A DNA stretch of 55,639 nt, filler included, from Porpidia crustulata (Eukaryota), in NCBI GenBank assembly GCA_964255105.1. It is 4 parts of 4 records of this genome, joined end to end, with 100 filler letters (N's around TTAATTAATTAA, not from the genome) between each part and the next. Parts side by side here need not be neighbours in the genome. Positions count along the whole stretch, not along the records: positions 27,907 to 41,726 come from CAXUWE010000410.1; positions 41,827 to 55,639 come from CAXUWE010000411.1; 2 more parts are not named here. One strand, 5' to 3'. A program made the position numbers and the translations under genes. The notes under the pieces are model-generated. The model was given only the letters and a program-made list of their open reading frames with translations, did no database searches and had not been told where the DNA came from. Shown piece by piece: positions 35,548 to 48,351 of this stretch. Numbering within the stretch: position 1 is the stretch's first letter; every line of letters begins with the position of its first letter.

Positions 35548-38500
35548 ATGTTTAAAATCTTAATGTCGCTCATAAACGCCTTTTCGACGACAAAAGCAGA
35601 GACTACGAGCTCTGTATGCGTTCTTGGTACTCCTCGAGCACCTCTGTTGCTGAGCACAATTGGTCTTATAGTGCTCCTGATCATAATACTTGAACACCTG
35701 TCCTGGAAGAGCCAACAAAATGGTAGCATATTTCTCGCATAGCAATTTCTCCGCTGGAAAACCCTTAACTATCTAGATTTACCCATTTTGGTGGCAGCTC
35801 TCTACAGAATACTCTGGAGCCGGGTCGACCTCGATGCGAAAAGACTTAATCCTATTTTCAGATGTCAATGGATGGCAGTGCTACCGCAGAAAATTCTTTA
35901 TTTATTCACTGCCAATTTGATGTTATTGCTTGGCGTCCTCTCCGGGCCTTTCACATACGGTAAGTTGAACGGCGCGTATGTTCTGATTCTCCGTTGATTA
36001 ATAAAGGCATTGGTCGGTACCATTAGCTGGTGCAACAACAGTGGTGATGTTTTGGTCCGTCCCCCCAATTGTTAATGCGATCTTCTCGAAGGTTTGAATT
36101 CAGTATGTCGTGCACTCGAGAGCAAGGATAACCGCTCGCCTGAGACCAATGGAAGACTGATTCTCGCTGCAAAATGTTGACTTCATTATGACAGTCTATG
36201 AGCATTTATGGTTAGGACAAGAACTGTCACCATTCACAACTACCAGCGCAGTAATCACACCCCCGGATGACATCGCTGTTGTGACAGCGGCAAAGGGTGC
36301 GCTATTGAGTCTGGAGTCATCAGTCCTGAAACTTCGCTAGGATTCGCTGGTTCACACGTTGGCTACTGCTCAGATCAACAAATAGATGATTCGTTGTTAG
36401 GTATGGGCTGTAAAGCCGTGAATAATTCGCACACCTTTATGGCTGACTCTGCCAGCGACTTAGATGTTCGAAATCCTAAGATCACCGCCGTATTCTGTGA
36501 ACCGGCTTACTAGATACATAGCGTCAATGCTACAGTTTCTATCCCAAATATGACAGTAGATATCTATTATTGCCCCTTTGGCATCACCATCGCCGCTGAA
36601 GAATGAACTTTTCAAAGTAACCAACTTTGAGTATGTTACTGGTACTCGCGCTTTGACCAACTTCCAGAGATCTGACATCCCCCGCACAGCTCCTAATATT
36701 GATCAACGACCCCGAGTCCAGACGATAGGACTGCAACACATAATCAGCAACATGGTTAGCTTTACTATGAGTGTCAGCATTTTAAGCCCAGCTCGATACG
36801 TAGATCAAGAAGAAATAGCCAGCAGCTTTGAGGAAACCCACATATCGCTATTTGCGCCATTAGTCGCAAATCTTCTCGCTCCTGGTGCCTGAACTACTGA
36901 ACCAACGCTTGGGATCGTCCGATGTAGTATCAATGCCATCGTGGTGTTTCGACTACTTGTAATCATCACCGAAGCTCTCCTAGGCCTGATTGCTACACGT
37001 ACTGTTGGTCTCATGTGCAACTCGTGGGCTCGCGGAAGTCAGCCTAGAAAAGACCCGGCGTCCACTACAGACTTCGTCAATATGCTGGTGCCGAGCCCCA
37101 ATCCAGGTACGATCCATCTCCTCCCGAAAAAGTTTTCTGGCCTCTCTGCACCTGAAATTTTACGCGAAAGCAAGTCTCAAAGAAAAGCAATAGATGACTC
37201 CGGCAACGATGGTACCCATTAACAATGACAAAGACAATAGTAGATACAAAGACAAACGTAAGAGCAGAGGAGTTTCGGCATTTTGGAGAAACGGCAAGAT
37301 GTACATTGGAGCTCATTATACTGTTACCACCTCTTCCATGCCTAGATTCAGATACAAGAACAACGCTGGCTTTCCTTGCCGTCAAGCAAGTCTATGCTAA
37401 CGAATGCTTTCTCGAAATATCTTTCTATCGTCTTTGCTACATTATGGTCATTACCCAAATTCTTACTAAATTCTGCTCAATCGATTGCTCTGCGTCTTAA
37501 ATCCTAATCAGGCACTTCGAGATGAGGAAGCGATCTCGTTATCATTAAACCTGAAATATACGTCTTTACCACCACAGCTGGCTAATTATTGAGCTTTGAG
37601 GGCTCGGCATTTCTCGCAGCCAGATATGCGGTACTCTAAGCATATGACTCAACGTACTTGCTGTACCTCTAAGCGGTCTCTCTCAGAAAGATTGTGACCA
37701 TGGAACCACTAATCTTTAGGCAAGATAGCGGAACAAAGGACTCAGATCATTTTTCAATTGCGGAATCCAGTTTTAGTGATGGAACAGTTCTTTCCCCTCG
37801 TATCTCCCGTGATAGACTCTTTGTTCCATACAGACGAAACACACAGTATGGACTTGGGAACGCGCAAGCCTACAGAGCTATAGCGCAAGACTTGGGAGCC
37901 CAACTCCAATGCGTACAGGCCGATCTACACACAGAGAGCTACATCAAAAATGTAGTTGATTGTTTCGTTGTACCACAGGTAGCACCTCATGGACGCCGCA
38001 CAGAGTGCAAGGGAATTAAATACATCTATGGGCGGTCAAAATAACTCCGACGCTGCGCTCGAGGTTCTTCAGAATGTGAAATCCTCCAGTTCGGACCCTC
38101 CACAAGAAAATTATGAGCTATACGAGACGTTAGTGGTGGTTGGGGGCTTTCTCCGCGCCAACCTTACCGCGTCGAAGGATAGCTTCAAACCCGACGATTC
38201 AGTGACTGCCGAAACAGCAAAAGTTCGCCAAATCAACTCACTCTCTGCGCCCTGGCTTACTTGACGTTTCACCGTTTTGACCTCCCTGTACGAAGTCACG
38301 GTAAATTCCAATGATCGCGTCCAGAGCTACACGCGTCAGACTCCGTATACAAGCGATCTGGGCCAGTACTTCATCGACACTTTCAACATTACAAGACTCA
38401 TCAAGAATAATACTTGGCTACTCACAAAGACTCCCGACACTAACTTGTGTTTGCATAATGATTACTTTGTTGATTCCGGGTTCGGCTACTTCGTCAAGTC

Positions 38501-38999
38501 GCTCTCCACTTCGTCTACTCCGATCGATCCTTCCGCTTCGCCTCCAAGTTTTGACTCCATTGCACCCACAGTGAAAGATATCTATACTCGACGGTTCGCG
38601 ATTATACTTGGCATCCACCCGGAATAAGTCACCTCCGCTCCTGTTAGCACGGGTACCATCCTGGTTCCTTGCAATCGGGTCTCCATGTCACGTCCCATGC
38701 AAATCATTACATATACTCTGAGAATCCTCAAAGTGGTCATTGCGATGACTTGTCATGCCAAGCGGCCGAACCGGATACTGTCACTGTTGCCAAACACCAT
38801 TGCCAGCGTTGCGGAGTTATTTGATGGAAGCGCACCGGTAGCTGAACAGAGCTCGGAAAATGGATGACGTGAGGACTGGAAGTTTGGCAAAGGTGAATTC
38901 ATAGGATTGAATCAACCACCGAATTTGGGCATTAGAAGTAGGCCATTCGTGATACCTTTGGTGGGTGGAAGAGGGCCAAGCCGGCGTCAAAGCCAGTGA
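35548..38999 (+). pseudogene. DUF3433-like membrane protein, copy 2, heavily degraded
   Basis: Collinear fragments match copy 1: RAPLLL...ILEHLS, LWSRVDLDAKRL, the same intron position before HWSV, KDPAST, LKYTSLPPQL, DIYTRRFAIILG, PNTIASVAELFDGS, WKFGKGEFIG. Many stops and frameshifts. Confidence 0.85.
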
Positions 39000-40473
39000 A
39001 TAGATATGTACATTGCTAGAAACCGCTAGCATTCTCTTCACGGTCCGTTTGTTTGTGATTACTTCTGCCCAGGTAGATTTTCAAGCACGAGAACTTGATA
39101 TGATTGAGTAAGGTGGGCTGCGTCCAGGTCTAAGACTTGAAAACAGTGGTATGATTAAAGTGATGAAAGACAAAGGCTATGCATTGACCGACAATTTGAC
39201 GCATTGCTCAGAGATCCTAGATCGCCTCTCAGACTCGCAACGACAATTCTCACCGACGTCCTCAAGGAGCAAGCCGTCTAACGACATAAGCATTCCCATG
39301 CAGCACCGTAGAATATGGTATCATCGGTGTGTCCATCCTCGCCTTTTGCCCTGCCAACTTGGTCCCATTTGTATCGCTCATGCCGGAGCCCTTGTGCTTT
39401 TTTTTGAGATCTAAAACTCTCTCATGGAACGGAAGAGGAGAGTATTGCGTCCGCTGGCGTTTGTCGTGAATTAGAAGACATCACGAGTGATCTTCGAGGG
39501 TGCAAGGAGGCGGATCGTTCGTGCTTCCTCACGGAGAGCACACTTCATAGTCGAGCGATACTCATCAGCGCTTACATGAATATGCACTCACGATCAGTGT
39601 GTCGTTGTCATATATCGCGGTGATAGAACGAGACCGTATGGTCCACGCATGAGGACCGATAGGAAGCGTTTCGCGATGAAACACTTTGTGTGTGGAATTT
39701 GATTGGTCGCGGGCCGCTGTACTACGGCCGCCCGTTGCCAAGCTTCTTCAGATCCCCCGCCATTGGCTGGCTGTGCCACGGAAGCGCTGGATGGTCTTTG
39801 TTTCTTCCTCTCTTCCTCTCTTCCTTTCTATTAACCACTAATATCTACTCTTCTCTTTATTCTCAAAAGGGCTCTACCTCCCACATGATTGATCTCCCAC
39901 CATGACTCCCGTTCCTGAATTACTGTGGTCTGTATCAGATAGCCAATCGCTATCGTGGCGAAGATGCAGGTACCCTGATCGTGGTCTGCAGATCTGTCCC
40001 TGCCTCGCGCTTCCGAGAGCCTCAGATTCGACGACGAGCTTCTTCCTCACCTCCTGCCTCAAACACGATATACGTACTACCGTGTCACTGGTCACCATCG
40101 TCAACTCGACGTGGCCGTGTTTCAACCAGCATCACGTGCCGGCTGTTCGAAGGAGTTCGTGGTGAAAGATCCAAGCGCCGTCATTAATCAAATTCCAGTG
40201 GCGGCCACTGACCCAATAGCTGTCAATGTCGCCCTCGGTCATGATGAACAAGTCTACTATTTGGCGTGTGAAGGTCCATCCTGCGAGTGAAGAGTCATAT
40301 CACGGGTGCTAGAGGCATCATCGATGGACGGTGATGTATTAAAGCTCCGTTCTGCCCCTTCTGTTCCGCCATCATCTCACTATCAAATCGTCTGCGTTGA
40401 TTGCTGTGTCCAGCTACACCTTACTTTCTCTCAAGTTCTCTACCTCGTCTTGCCTGGAGCAGACATTCCTTTC

Positions 40474-40815
40474 ATTGTACAAAGTTTCTTTACGCACATA
40501 TTGACCTGAAACATACATTGCCATTGTCAAATTCACTGTCCATAGGTACGTGTTCATTGTTCTCACGTCGTCTTATTGTCATTGCGAATAATTTCCTTAT
40601 AACGTTAAACATGTGACTCCTATTGTCATAATCAACATCCTCCATTGTCTTCAATGTCTATTGTATTGTCACCCTACCCCTAAGTCAAGGCAATTGTTCT
40701 GCTCCTCAAACAAAGAATCATACTTGTTGTTCGCTGTACCGTTGTAACAATACCTTTGCTCATCATTCCCATTGTTCAGAGTCGAAGCTTTCAGTCACAT
40801 CCAACCTCTATATAA
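40474..40815 (+). promoter_or_regulatory. Cluster of ATTGT (HMG-box-like) sites plus TATA box upstream of the LPMO gene
   Basis: ATTGT on + at 40474, 40523, 40556, 40575, 40622, 40644, 40660, 40665, 40693, 40771; ACAAT at 40747; AACAAAG at 40709; TATATAA at 40809-40815. Confidence 0.55.
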
Positions 40816-40994
40816 CCATCAACTTCTCTCACTTCCTTTTCTCTCCAAACCATTCAACCACACTCAAGCACTAAAATATCAACAACCAGATTTATCTCCA
40901 GACTCTCCAAACACCATCAAGCCACTACAAAAGCGATCCTCCTCCCACGAATATCAAAGTAGATCTTCAGGCAAGACCTACCACACGCAACGTC

Positions 40995-41726
40995 ATGCAT
41001 CTCACACAATCCACCTACATGGCAGCCGCCATGGTCTTCGCCGGCACTGCCCGCTCCCACATGATCATGGCGACGCCAACGCCTTTCGGCAAATCCTCGC
41101 TGACCAACTCTCCTCTCGAGGCGAATGGGGGCGACTTCCCTTGCAAGCAACGCCCTGGAGTGTACGACGCACAAGGAGCCAGCAACACCATGCCTATTGG
41201 CGTGAACCAAACACTTTCGTTCACCGGCAGCGCCGTCCACGGCGGTGGTTCGTGCCAGATCTCTCTGTCCAAGGACAAGAATCCCACAAAGTCATCAAAA
41301 TGGATGGTCATCCACTCCATCATCGGCGGCTGCCCTGCAACTGCAGCAGGCAACATCGGGAATGACCCCAATGGCAGTGGCGCCTCCAAATTCGAGTATT
41401 CCATTCCTCAAGGCATAGCTGCGGGAGACTACACTCTTGCCTGGACCTGGTTCAACAATGTCGGCAACCGAGAAATGTACATGAACTGTGCCCCGGTCAC
41501 CGTCACCGGTGGCTCAGGCAAGCGCGACCAAATCGAGGAGCGCGACACATCCTTCCCCGACATGTTCATCGCCAACATTCCAGAGACTGATTGTAAGACC
41601 GGCAAGAACGGCGGTGGCGGCAACGTCGACTTTCCTAACCCTGGCGCCTCCGTCTCAAGACTTGTGGCCAACGCGGATCCACCAGAAGGTCTCAAATGCG
41701 GCGCTGCCTCGGGTGGTTCCAGCGCC
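40995..41726 (+). CDS. Secreted AA11 lytic polysaccharide monooxygenase (chitin-active family), truncated by contig end
   Basis: Signal peptide ending ...TARS followed by His1 (HMIMATPTPFG...NSPL...DFPCK), SAVHGGGSCQISL (second Cu His), TLAWTWFNNVGNREMYMNCA (axial Tyr). Confidence 0.92.
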
Positions 41727-41826
41727 NNNNNNNNNNNNNNNNNNNNNNNNNNNNNNNNNNNNNNNNNNNNTTAATTAATTAANNNNNNNNNNNNNNNNNN
41801 NNNNNNNNNNNNNNNNNNNNNNNNNN
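41727..41826. other. Artificial contig spacer
   Basis: N run with TTAATTAATTAA at 41771..41782. Confidence 0.97.
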
Positions 41827-42199
41827 TATTACTCTCTCTGTTTATATCTTGTGTTGTTAAAGGGACAACCGTTACATAGAGATTAAATTTTTATTATCTG
41901 TTTAAAAATGTAGCAAACAGTTCTACATCATGTGATTCTGCTAGCGGCTTGGCAAGCACATACATATTTGCACTATACTTTCTAGCACGAGATTTACTCC
42001 TTAGTCCACTCAATACAGGTAGATGTTCAACAAATCTCAACATCATCTAGAGTGCTACGACCACCCCCAGGGGTATTGGTTTACCCGGGTGAGGAAGCTA
42101 GGTGGGGTGGGCGCAATCCACATGAGGGGCGCAATACCCAACTGCACCACCTAAAAGGCGAAATACCAAGTTGGAAGACTTGGTCCAATACTACTAGAT

Positions 42200-43704
42200 A
42201 TGGTGGGTATGGCCGTAACATAGAGATACTAGGGCCGCCGCTCGGGCAGCAGCCTGCAAAATTTTTGGGATTCTCTACCCGTAGAGATTCAGATACATAT
42301 CCTAGAAGCCCTTGTTCTTCATGAAGATTCCGCTCGGTACGCTTCAATCTGTCGAGCATGGCAAACGATCATCGAGCAAAGGATTTTCGCTCGCCTTAAA
42401 GTCACGCGATCACGTCTTGCTGGCTTCAGCGACTTTGGCTACCGCCATCGGCATTTGGTGAAGTATATATGGTTTTCCATAGAGCCCTTTGAGTACCATT
42501 GCCCGCATTGCGGAGGCGAGGGGATTTATAGTTGGCATCAAGTTTCTACCCAAACTATAAGGAAGGCGATCCAGGATTTGGTTATCCAGTTGAGTATATG
42601 GGAACCAAGCGGCAGCTTGTTACTTGATATCAGCGTCAAGGCTCCAAGCGCCTTGAGGCATTCTTCCAGTACCATCCAATATGGACCAGGTGTTATCTTA
42701 GAGCCGAAGAAGGCCAAAATTATTCAATGCGCACATTGGCTCCACGATACAAGCGTCCAGAGTCCGGCTGCGTATTTATTTAATAAAACCACCGACATTA
42801 GCGAACCCGAGCCCGAACCCATCCAAGAGATGCCAAAGGCTAGAGCTGTCACAAGCCTCCTGCGCCGACAAAATCGCCGTCCTTGGAAGTCAGAGGCACT
42901 CGAAGAGCTTCTAGACCTTCTTCCCGAGGTCCGCGAAATCCATTACGAACCTTGGAGAGACTGGCGTCGAATGGAGGAACGACCCACCAATACAAGTAGG
43001 GCTCGAGACACGTTACCGTAGACATGGATTTCTGCTAAAGTTTTGTAGCTACAATGCGGCTATGCGAGTCACTTAGATCTGATCAATTGAGGCGAATGGT
43101 GATATTCGAGAACTTCCATGGCAATAACCCAGCCATGTCCTTAGCAGTACAAGCCGCAGAGATTGACACCGGTCACGCCCTTGTCGAAGCCAGTCTCGGG
43201 CTTGAGCATCTCGCAGCATCGTTCGTTTCAGATGCTTCACATTTCTTTGATGCATGTCAGAAACGGAACATCTGGCCCAGGCTGGAATCGCTCGCTCTGA
43301 CCTCGAATGTTCTAGAATCTCAACAGCAGTCTGTCTACATCAACGATCTTCTTGAAACGATTGAGCTAGTAGCCATGAAGATGCCACGGCTAAAATCGAT
43401 GGAGATCTGGAATGGCAGGGCTGGGTTTGCAGGTGTTTTCCAATACCAAATATTTGAAAGCGACGGGACTGCTAAGATTACTTGGCGAGGTACTTGGGAT
43501 TTACCACTAGAGCCTCGTGTTCGGAAAGCATGGCAAGCTGTGGCATCCGAGCGGGTGGACTGCAAGCTTCAGGTCGTTACAGAGATATTGGACGCCAATG
43601 TCGTTATTACATCTCATGGCGATGCTATCCGTTACCTGAGGCTTCTGAATACAGTCGTTCACCCCGTTTCGTTGTGGCAGGTCCAAAAGGAGACTGCCTA
43701 TTAA
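42200..43704 (+). pseudogene. F-box-like fungal protein (resembles DUF6546 family), 5' end interrupted by stops
   Basis: WDSLPVEIQIHILEAL...ASICRAWQTIIEQRIF (F-box-like), IHYEPWR, intron 42996..43048, LEHLAASF..DA..FF, WPRLESLALTS, MPRLKSMEIWNG, SHGDAI..L. The only in-frame ATGs upstream of the F-box (42200, 42209) are followed by TAG at 42221 and 42230. Confidence 0.6.
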
Positions 43705-44075
43705 AGTAAGTCTAGATATCCGTAAACTTTCAGGATCCTTCGCTATGAGGACGACCACGCTGTCTTAGATAGCACCAATCCTGGCATAGATCGGCTGGCT
43801 TACCGTGATCCAGAGGCTCTGATTTGTAACGCAGTGTTTCTCGCTCATCATGCCCCAATCTCTCTAGGACGGCAGATGATTGTGGAGATGGAAGCTACAT
43901 CGTTCATTGGTTTAGTACTGAAAGGGGAGGATCTCGCCCAATAGAGCTTTTGGAACCTATCTTCTGCTAGTGTTCCTTCTTCTTGATTTCCTTCTCTTTC
44001 TCTATCTTCTTGTGGTAAGTACAGATCGTAACCACATTTCGTGTCTTTGTTGCGCTTTCTTTTCACATCATACTA

Positions 44076-44255
44076 TCCCTTAAGCTGGTGACGAAGCAAC
44101 ACCAGGATATTCGGACACCATACCCACCAAAGATATGATTTATACCTATACAGGCTACGGGCTATGACTAAGCTGCACTCAAATTTCTATGTCCATACCC
44201 TGAAAGGTAAGGTGGCCGAACATCCTGGTGGCTGCTTCGTCACCAGCTTAAGGGA
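44076..44255. mobile_element. MITE (non-autonomous TIR element, TA-flanked, Tc1/mariner-pogo-like)
   Basis: 44073..44124 and 44206..44258 are inverted repeats: first 26 nt perfect, about 48/53 overall. TA on both sides (44074-75, 44256-57). Short non-coding interior. Confidence 0.8.
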
Positions 44256-44732
44256 TAGAAACGTTGCTTCTCAGGCTATATCTATCCCTTCCTCTCGAAC
44301 AACAACCCCCCCTTTTCCAGCCATGCACCGCCCTACCTACATATGCAGATCGATCCTAGGTCATTGATTTCTTCGCCGATATGGTATGGTTGTATTTTCC
44401 TTGTGTTGAGATGAATATGTGGAATATATGTGGGGCGGGAAAGGAGTGATGCGAGGAGTGGGGTGTGGGTTTCGGCGATTTGGGGTTGTGGTTAATTGCT
44501 GTTAGGTTGAGCTGGTGGGTGCATCTGGGGGGCCGGATTTTCCATATGGGTGGCCCGAGACGGTTGGTGGATGGATGAATGAATGAATGATGAAACGGCA
44601 AAATGGAATTTCACGTGGCACAATCACATTCAAGTCAATATACGGGGGTCGAAGTATGTAACTCATTGGCGTCTCTTGAAATCTTGCGAGCAAAATGATC
44701 AACTGTCCCAAAGACCAAGAAAATTTTCTCCG

Positions 44733-46888
44733 CTACCACGTTTCTTGCCTATACCTCCCTTCCCTCTCCATTGCCTTTAAGTATTCTTCCGCTGTCGCCA
44801 GCGGCATGCCTCCACATGTCTTAAGGACCTCCGTGATCGCCGCCCGAACCGCCTGCGGCATCTTACCTGATGATCCGCAGACATACACGATACCACCTGA
44901 ATCGTGAAGCAAGCGGAAAACGAGATCGGCTTGCTGTTTGAGAATATCTTGGACGTAGATTTTTTGGCTCTGGTCACGGGAGAAGGCGGTGAAGACCTGC
45001 AGGGGCATTTTGGTTTTTAGGTGGGCCCAGTCTTGGCGGTAGAAGTAGTCGGAAGACAAGTTTCGGCACCCGAAGAAGAGGATGGTTTGGCCGATGGTGT
45101 TGGTGTTGATATATGTTCCGTTCCCGTTTCCGACTCTGTTCTCGCGTTTTCCGGCTTGAGCCTCGAATTCTTCGGCCCATTGAAGTCGTTCCCATATCAG
45201 AGAACGCATTGGTGCCACCCCTGTTCCAGGACCGATCAGCACTACCGGCTTCCTGGCTTCGGCTCTCGTGATACCCAGACCACCCTTCTGCAAAGTCACC
45301 AGCATTTCTGCGCCGGGAGACATGGCTGCGAGATATCGCGTGCATACTCCTTGACGGATCTTCTTGATCACGGTCTTGTATTTGACAATGGCTACCAACA
45401 GATCAAATGATGACTTTCCGTCGGCAGTTCTTTTCAGTTGGCCGCCGCTGGCGATACTGAATTGACGACCTCGAAGCTCTGGTAGAACACTAGCAGCCCA
45501 TTGCCAGGCAATACGCACAGATGCAAATTCTTGCAAGACTTCCGGAATACTGCGCCTAGGTCTGGTGGTATAGTCATATAACTCGTCAATATATTCTGGC
45601 TTCGTAAATTCAAGTAGTCTGTCCTTGTGGTATTGATCTTGTGTGAAATGTGCTATCAGAGCAAAGAAAGAGCGGCGTGGTACTGCTGTAAGATCTAAGT
45701 AGGAAGTTAACAATTCTCGAAGGGTCAAACGACGGTATTCGGGCCGAATGGCGATCGGGAGGTTGGACTTTGAATCTGCGGCGGAATCTGAGCCAGTCCA
45801 GACGAAGTTCAATGGCTTATCCGCGACAGCCTTCCAATCCATCATGTCGATGAAGTTGTCTACGTCTTCAGGAAAGTTCTTTGGATATATCGTAAGGACG
45901 TCACCAGGTTCATAGACAGATGGCAAATTGCTCTGGAACACCAAATGACGTACATCCTGCCAATGACCTGGATGAGTTAATCTTCGGTTCTCTTGAAGTG
46001 AGACATTGAGCCTATTATCAAGCTCGCACGTTGTATTTTCAGCGACGTTTCCATTAGTGATTAGTGTTTTACCCTTCTGAGGGTCTTCAGATAAATTCTC
46101 AGGCTGTCGCTTTACGCTATGGTGATTCCCATTGGTGACTGGATGATCGGACTTATTCGTAGATTCTTCTAGTAAAGCCAAACTCCATTTAGGAATGAGG
46201 AATTCATTCTCGGGGATAGGGTTGATGCCTTGATCCAGGGGAAACGTATGTAGTAGATGCCGGCGAAGATCTGTGGACCATGGAACAAAACTTCCATCAA
46301 GACTTTACCAACAAGGTCAGAGAGAGGTACTTGAAAATTGCACTATCAATGGAGATATTATACCCATCTGGATGCTGCTCATCTCCTTCACCACAAGGGT
46401 ACAGCTCATGTGCGCCCAACTGGATCAATCTTTTATGTAGCTTGCGGGCGGCCCAGTTAAATCTTTGTTATATCAGCATGGAATGCGAAAAAATCATCAG
46501 CTCCACGTTGTACTTAGGGTATGAGCTGTCTCCAAGCCCAAATGTAGTAAATTGAACATCTTGGAGATAATCGGGTGGCAACTTTCGCCGCAGCAAGCTC
46601 TTCCAGAATTGTCGCGCGTTGTATGGCAGATCGCCTTGGCCTGCAGTCGATATGGAAATAACGAGAATGGAATATTCGGAAAGTGACCGCTGAGGTAAAT
46701 TCAATCAGCCTTGCCAGTAACAGTATGTTGCCACGTACTGGTTCAATTGTGTTTAAACTTGAGACGTGTGTTTGAAATCGGAGTCGCTCTATGATGGAAC
46801 CTAATTCTCCAGCGAAATCTTGCGCAGTACCGGTTTCTGAACCGTAGAGGACTAGAGCCGATCTATTGCGACGTCCTTGGCCGGCCAT
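44733..46888 (-). CDS. TAH18: NADPH-dependent diflavin oxidoreductase 1 (Tah18/NDOR1)
   Basis: Flavodoxin motifs LYGSETGTAQD, STAGQGDLP, FGLGDSSYPK; FAD/NADPH motifs RQFSIAS, GVCTRYL, IGPGTGVAPMRS, LFFGCRN, AFSRDQ, YVCGSSGKMP; ends RYRQETW*. Confidence 0.94.
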
Positions 46889-47067
46889 GCTTGCGGAGTC
46901 AAGACAGAGGTTTTGATTGACATGGCATCATTTATCTATTCAAAAGTCCATCTAAATACCATGAATCATCAAAGTGTTCATATGACAGCAAGACGTTGAT
47001 GACTTTAATGCTAAATCTACGATACTTGATACTTGCTATTACCTACTTTACATTCAACCTCGTGATC

Positions 47068-48351
47068 CTAAAAATCTTCCCATTTATCATCATCGCCACC
47101 TTTATCTTTTCCAATTTTCTTCATGGCGGCCGTGCCAATAGCACTCGGTTGACCGCCAGTTCCTATTTTACTTGCAACGCTCTGCTGCTCGTCTGCCGAA
47201 GCGCCGAACGAGTCCCAAAAATCTTTTCGTTCCGGCTCCGCGGTCGACCTCGATATTCCCTTCGAGCCATTAGCGCTTCCCGTATCCTCTACGAACTTAT
47301 TGAATTGCTCTGCCGCGCCTTTGGTGCCGATTTGAACTTTTTGTGCCACCTGTGCGGCGGTCGTGCGTGCTTGGGCTGCCAGGTCGGCTTCTGCCAACTG
47401 TCGATTCACATTAGTGACCATACTTTGGGATATATATACGGGGTCCATTGAAGCGAGCTAGAAAGGAGTATGAGACCGAGTATGGTGATAGAACGTGGCT
47501 GAACAAACCTACCTTCTGAGCGGTTGGCTGTATCCAACCATCATTCACTGTCTTCGCTCCCTTCCCTACTGTCGTGGTGAACCAGCCAAACCCCTTCGTC
47601 AATGCCGCCATGGGATCCTTCTGAAACTCGTCCACACCGGGTAGTGCTCCTCCCTTCTGTGCTCCCCCTACCGTAGGCACGGGATCGCTCCCAAACCCAG
47701 CGTATTTTCCCCCTTGTGAAGGCGGCAGATCTGCTGATCTCAATGCGTTTTCGTTCCCTTTCTTAGCGAAGAACGACTCGTTTGCCTCTTTCCTTGAGGG
47801 TCTACCCATAGAACCCGCTGGTGACGATGCTCTTGCCGGTGACTCTGAGCCAAACCCACTTGGTGTCGCGATCCGATTTTCCACCTTCTTCTTCATCGGC
47901 ATGGCTGTAAATTCTCTACCCTCGATCTTGGCGCTCAACCGTTCCTTCCACTCTTCCCCTGTGTCCCCTGAGTACCTGTCCTCCAGGCCCACATTCGCCC
48001 ACTTTTGCCCTTCTCTCTCCTCCCAGAATGTCTTCCAAGCCTCGTTACCTCCAAGCTCCATCCTCTTCATCTCGTTTCCTTTAAATGCATCCATGGTGAT
48101 ACTACGTACAAATGAAATATGTACACCAAGCCCGCGATGTAGGCCAGCGCATGTCAGGCAGATGAAGGTGCCAAATTTGGGAGAGGCCCATTGGGGAGAC
48201 GGGGCGCTGCAGTCGCAGCAGATAGAATTACCAGGGCGTTTTTGAATCGCAAGAAGCTACTATGCTTATGATTAATGTTTCTGGGTCAAGTGGTCATGGC
48301 TGATCTGGAGTTGAATACCTTACTCTTGGTTTCAGGATCTACCTCCCACAT
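47068..48351 (-). CDS. GCS1: ArfGAP Gcs1
   Basis: MWEVDPETKSK|LLAIQK...CCDCSAPSPQWASPKFGTFICLTCAGLHRGLGVHISFVRSITMD; LPPSQGGKYAGFGS; LTKGFGWF; ends DDDKWEDF*. Confidence 0.92.

Noticed and set aside
33808..38867. Both DUF3433-like copies have a TGA shortly before the conserved C-terminal block (possible programmed readthrough)
   Set aside because: The stops are not at the same aligned codon, and copy 2 is full of other lesions; coincidence is more likely.
41506..41560. Kex2-like KR site inside the AA11 domain
   Set aside because: As I recall, a similar KR-containing loop is present in the characterised Aspergillus oryzae AA11, so it is not novel.
47068..48351. Two ArfGAP genes in one window
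   Set aside because: They lie on different, probably unlinked contigs.
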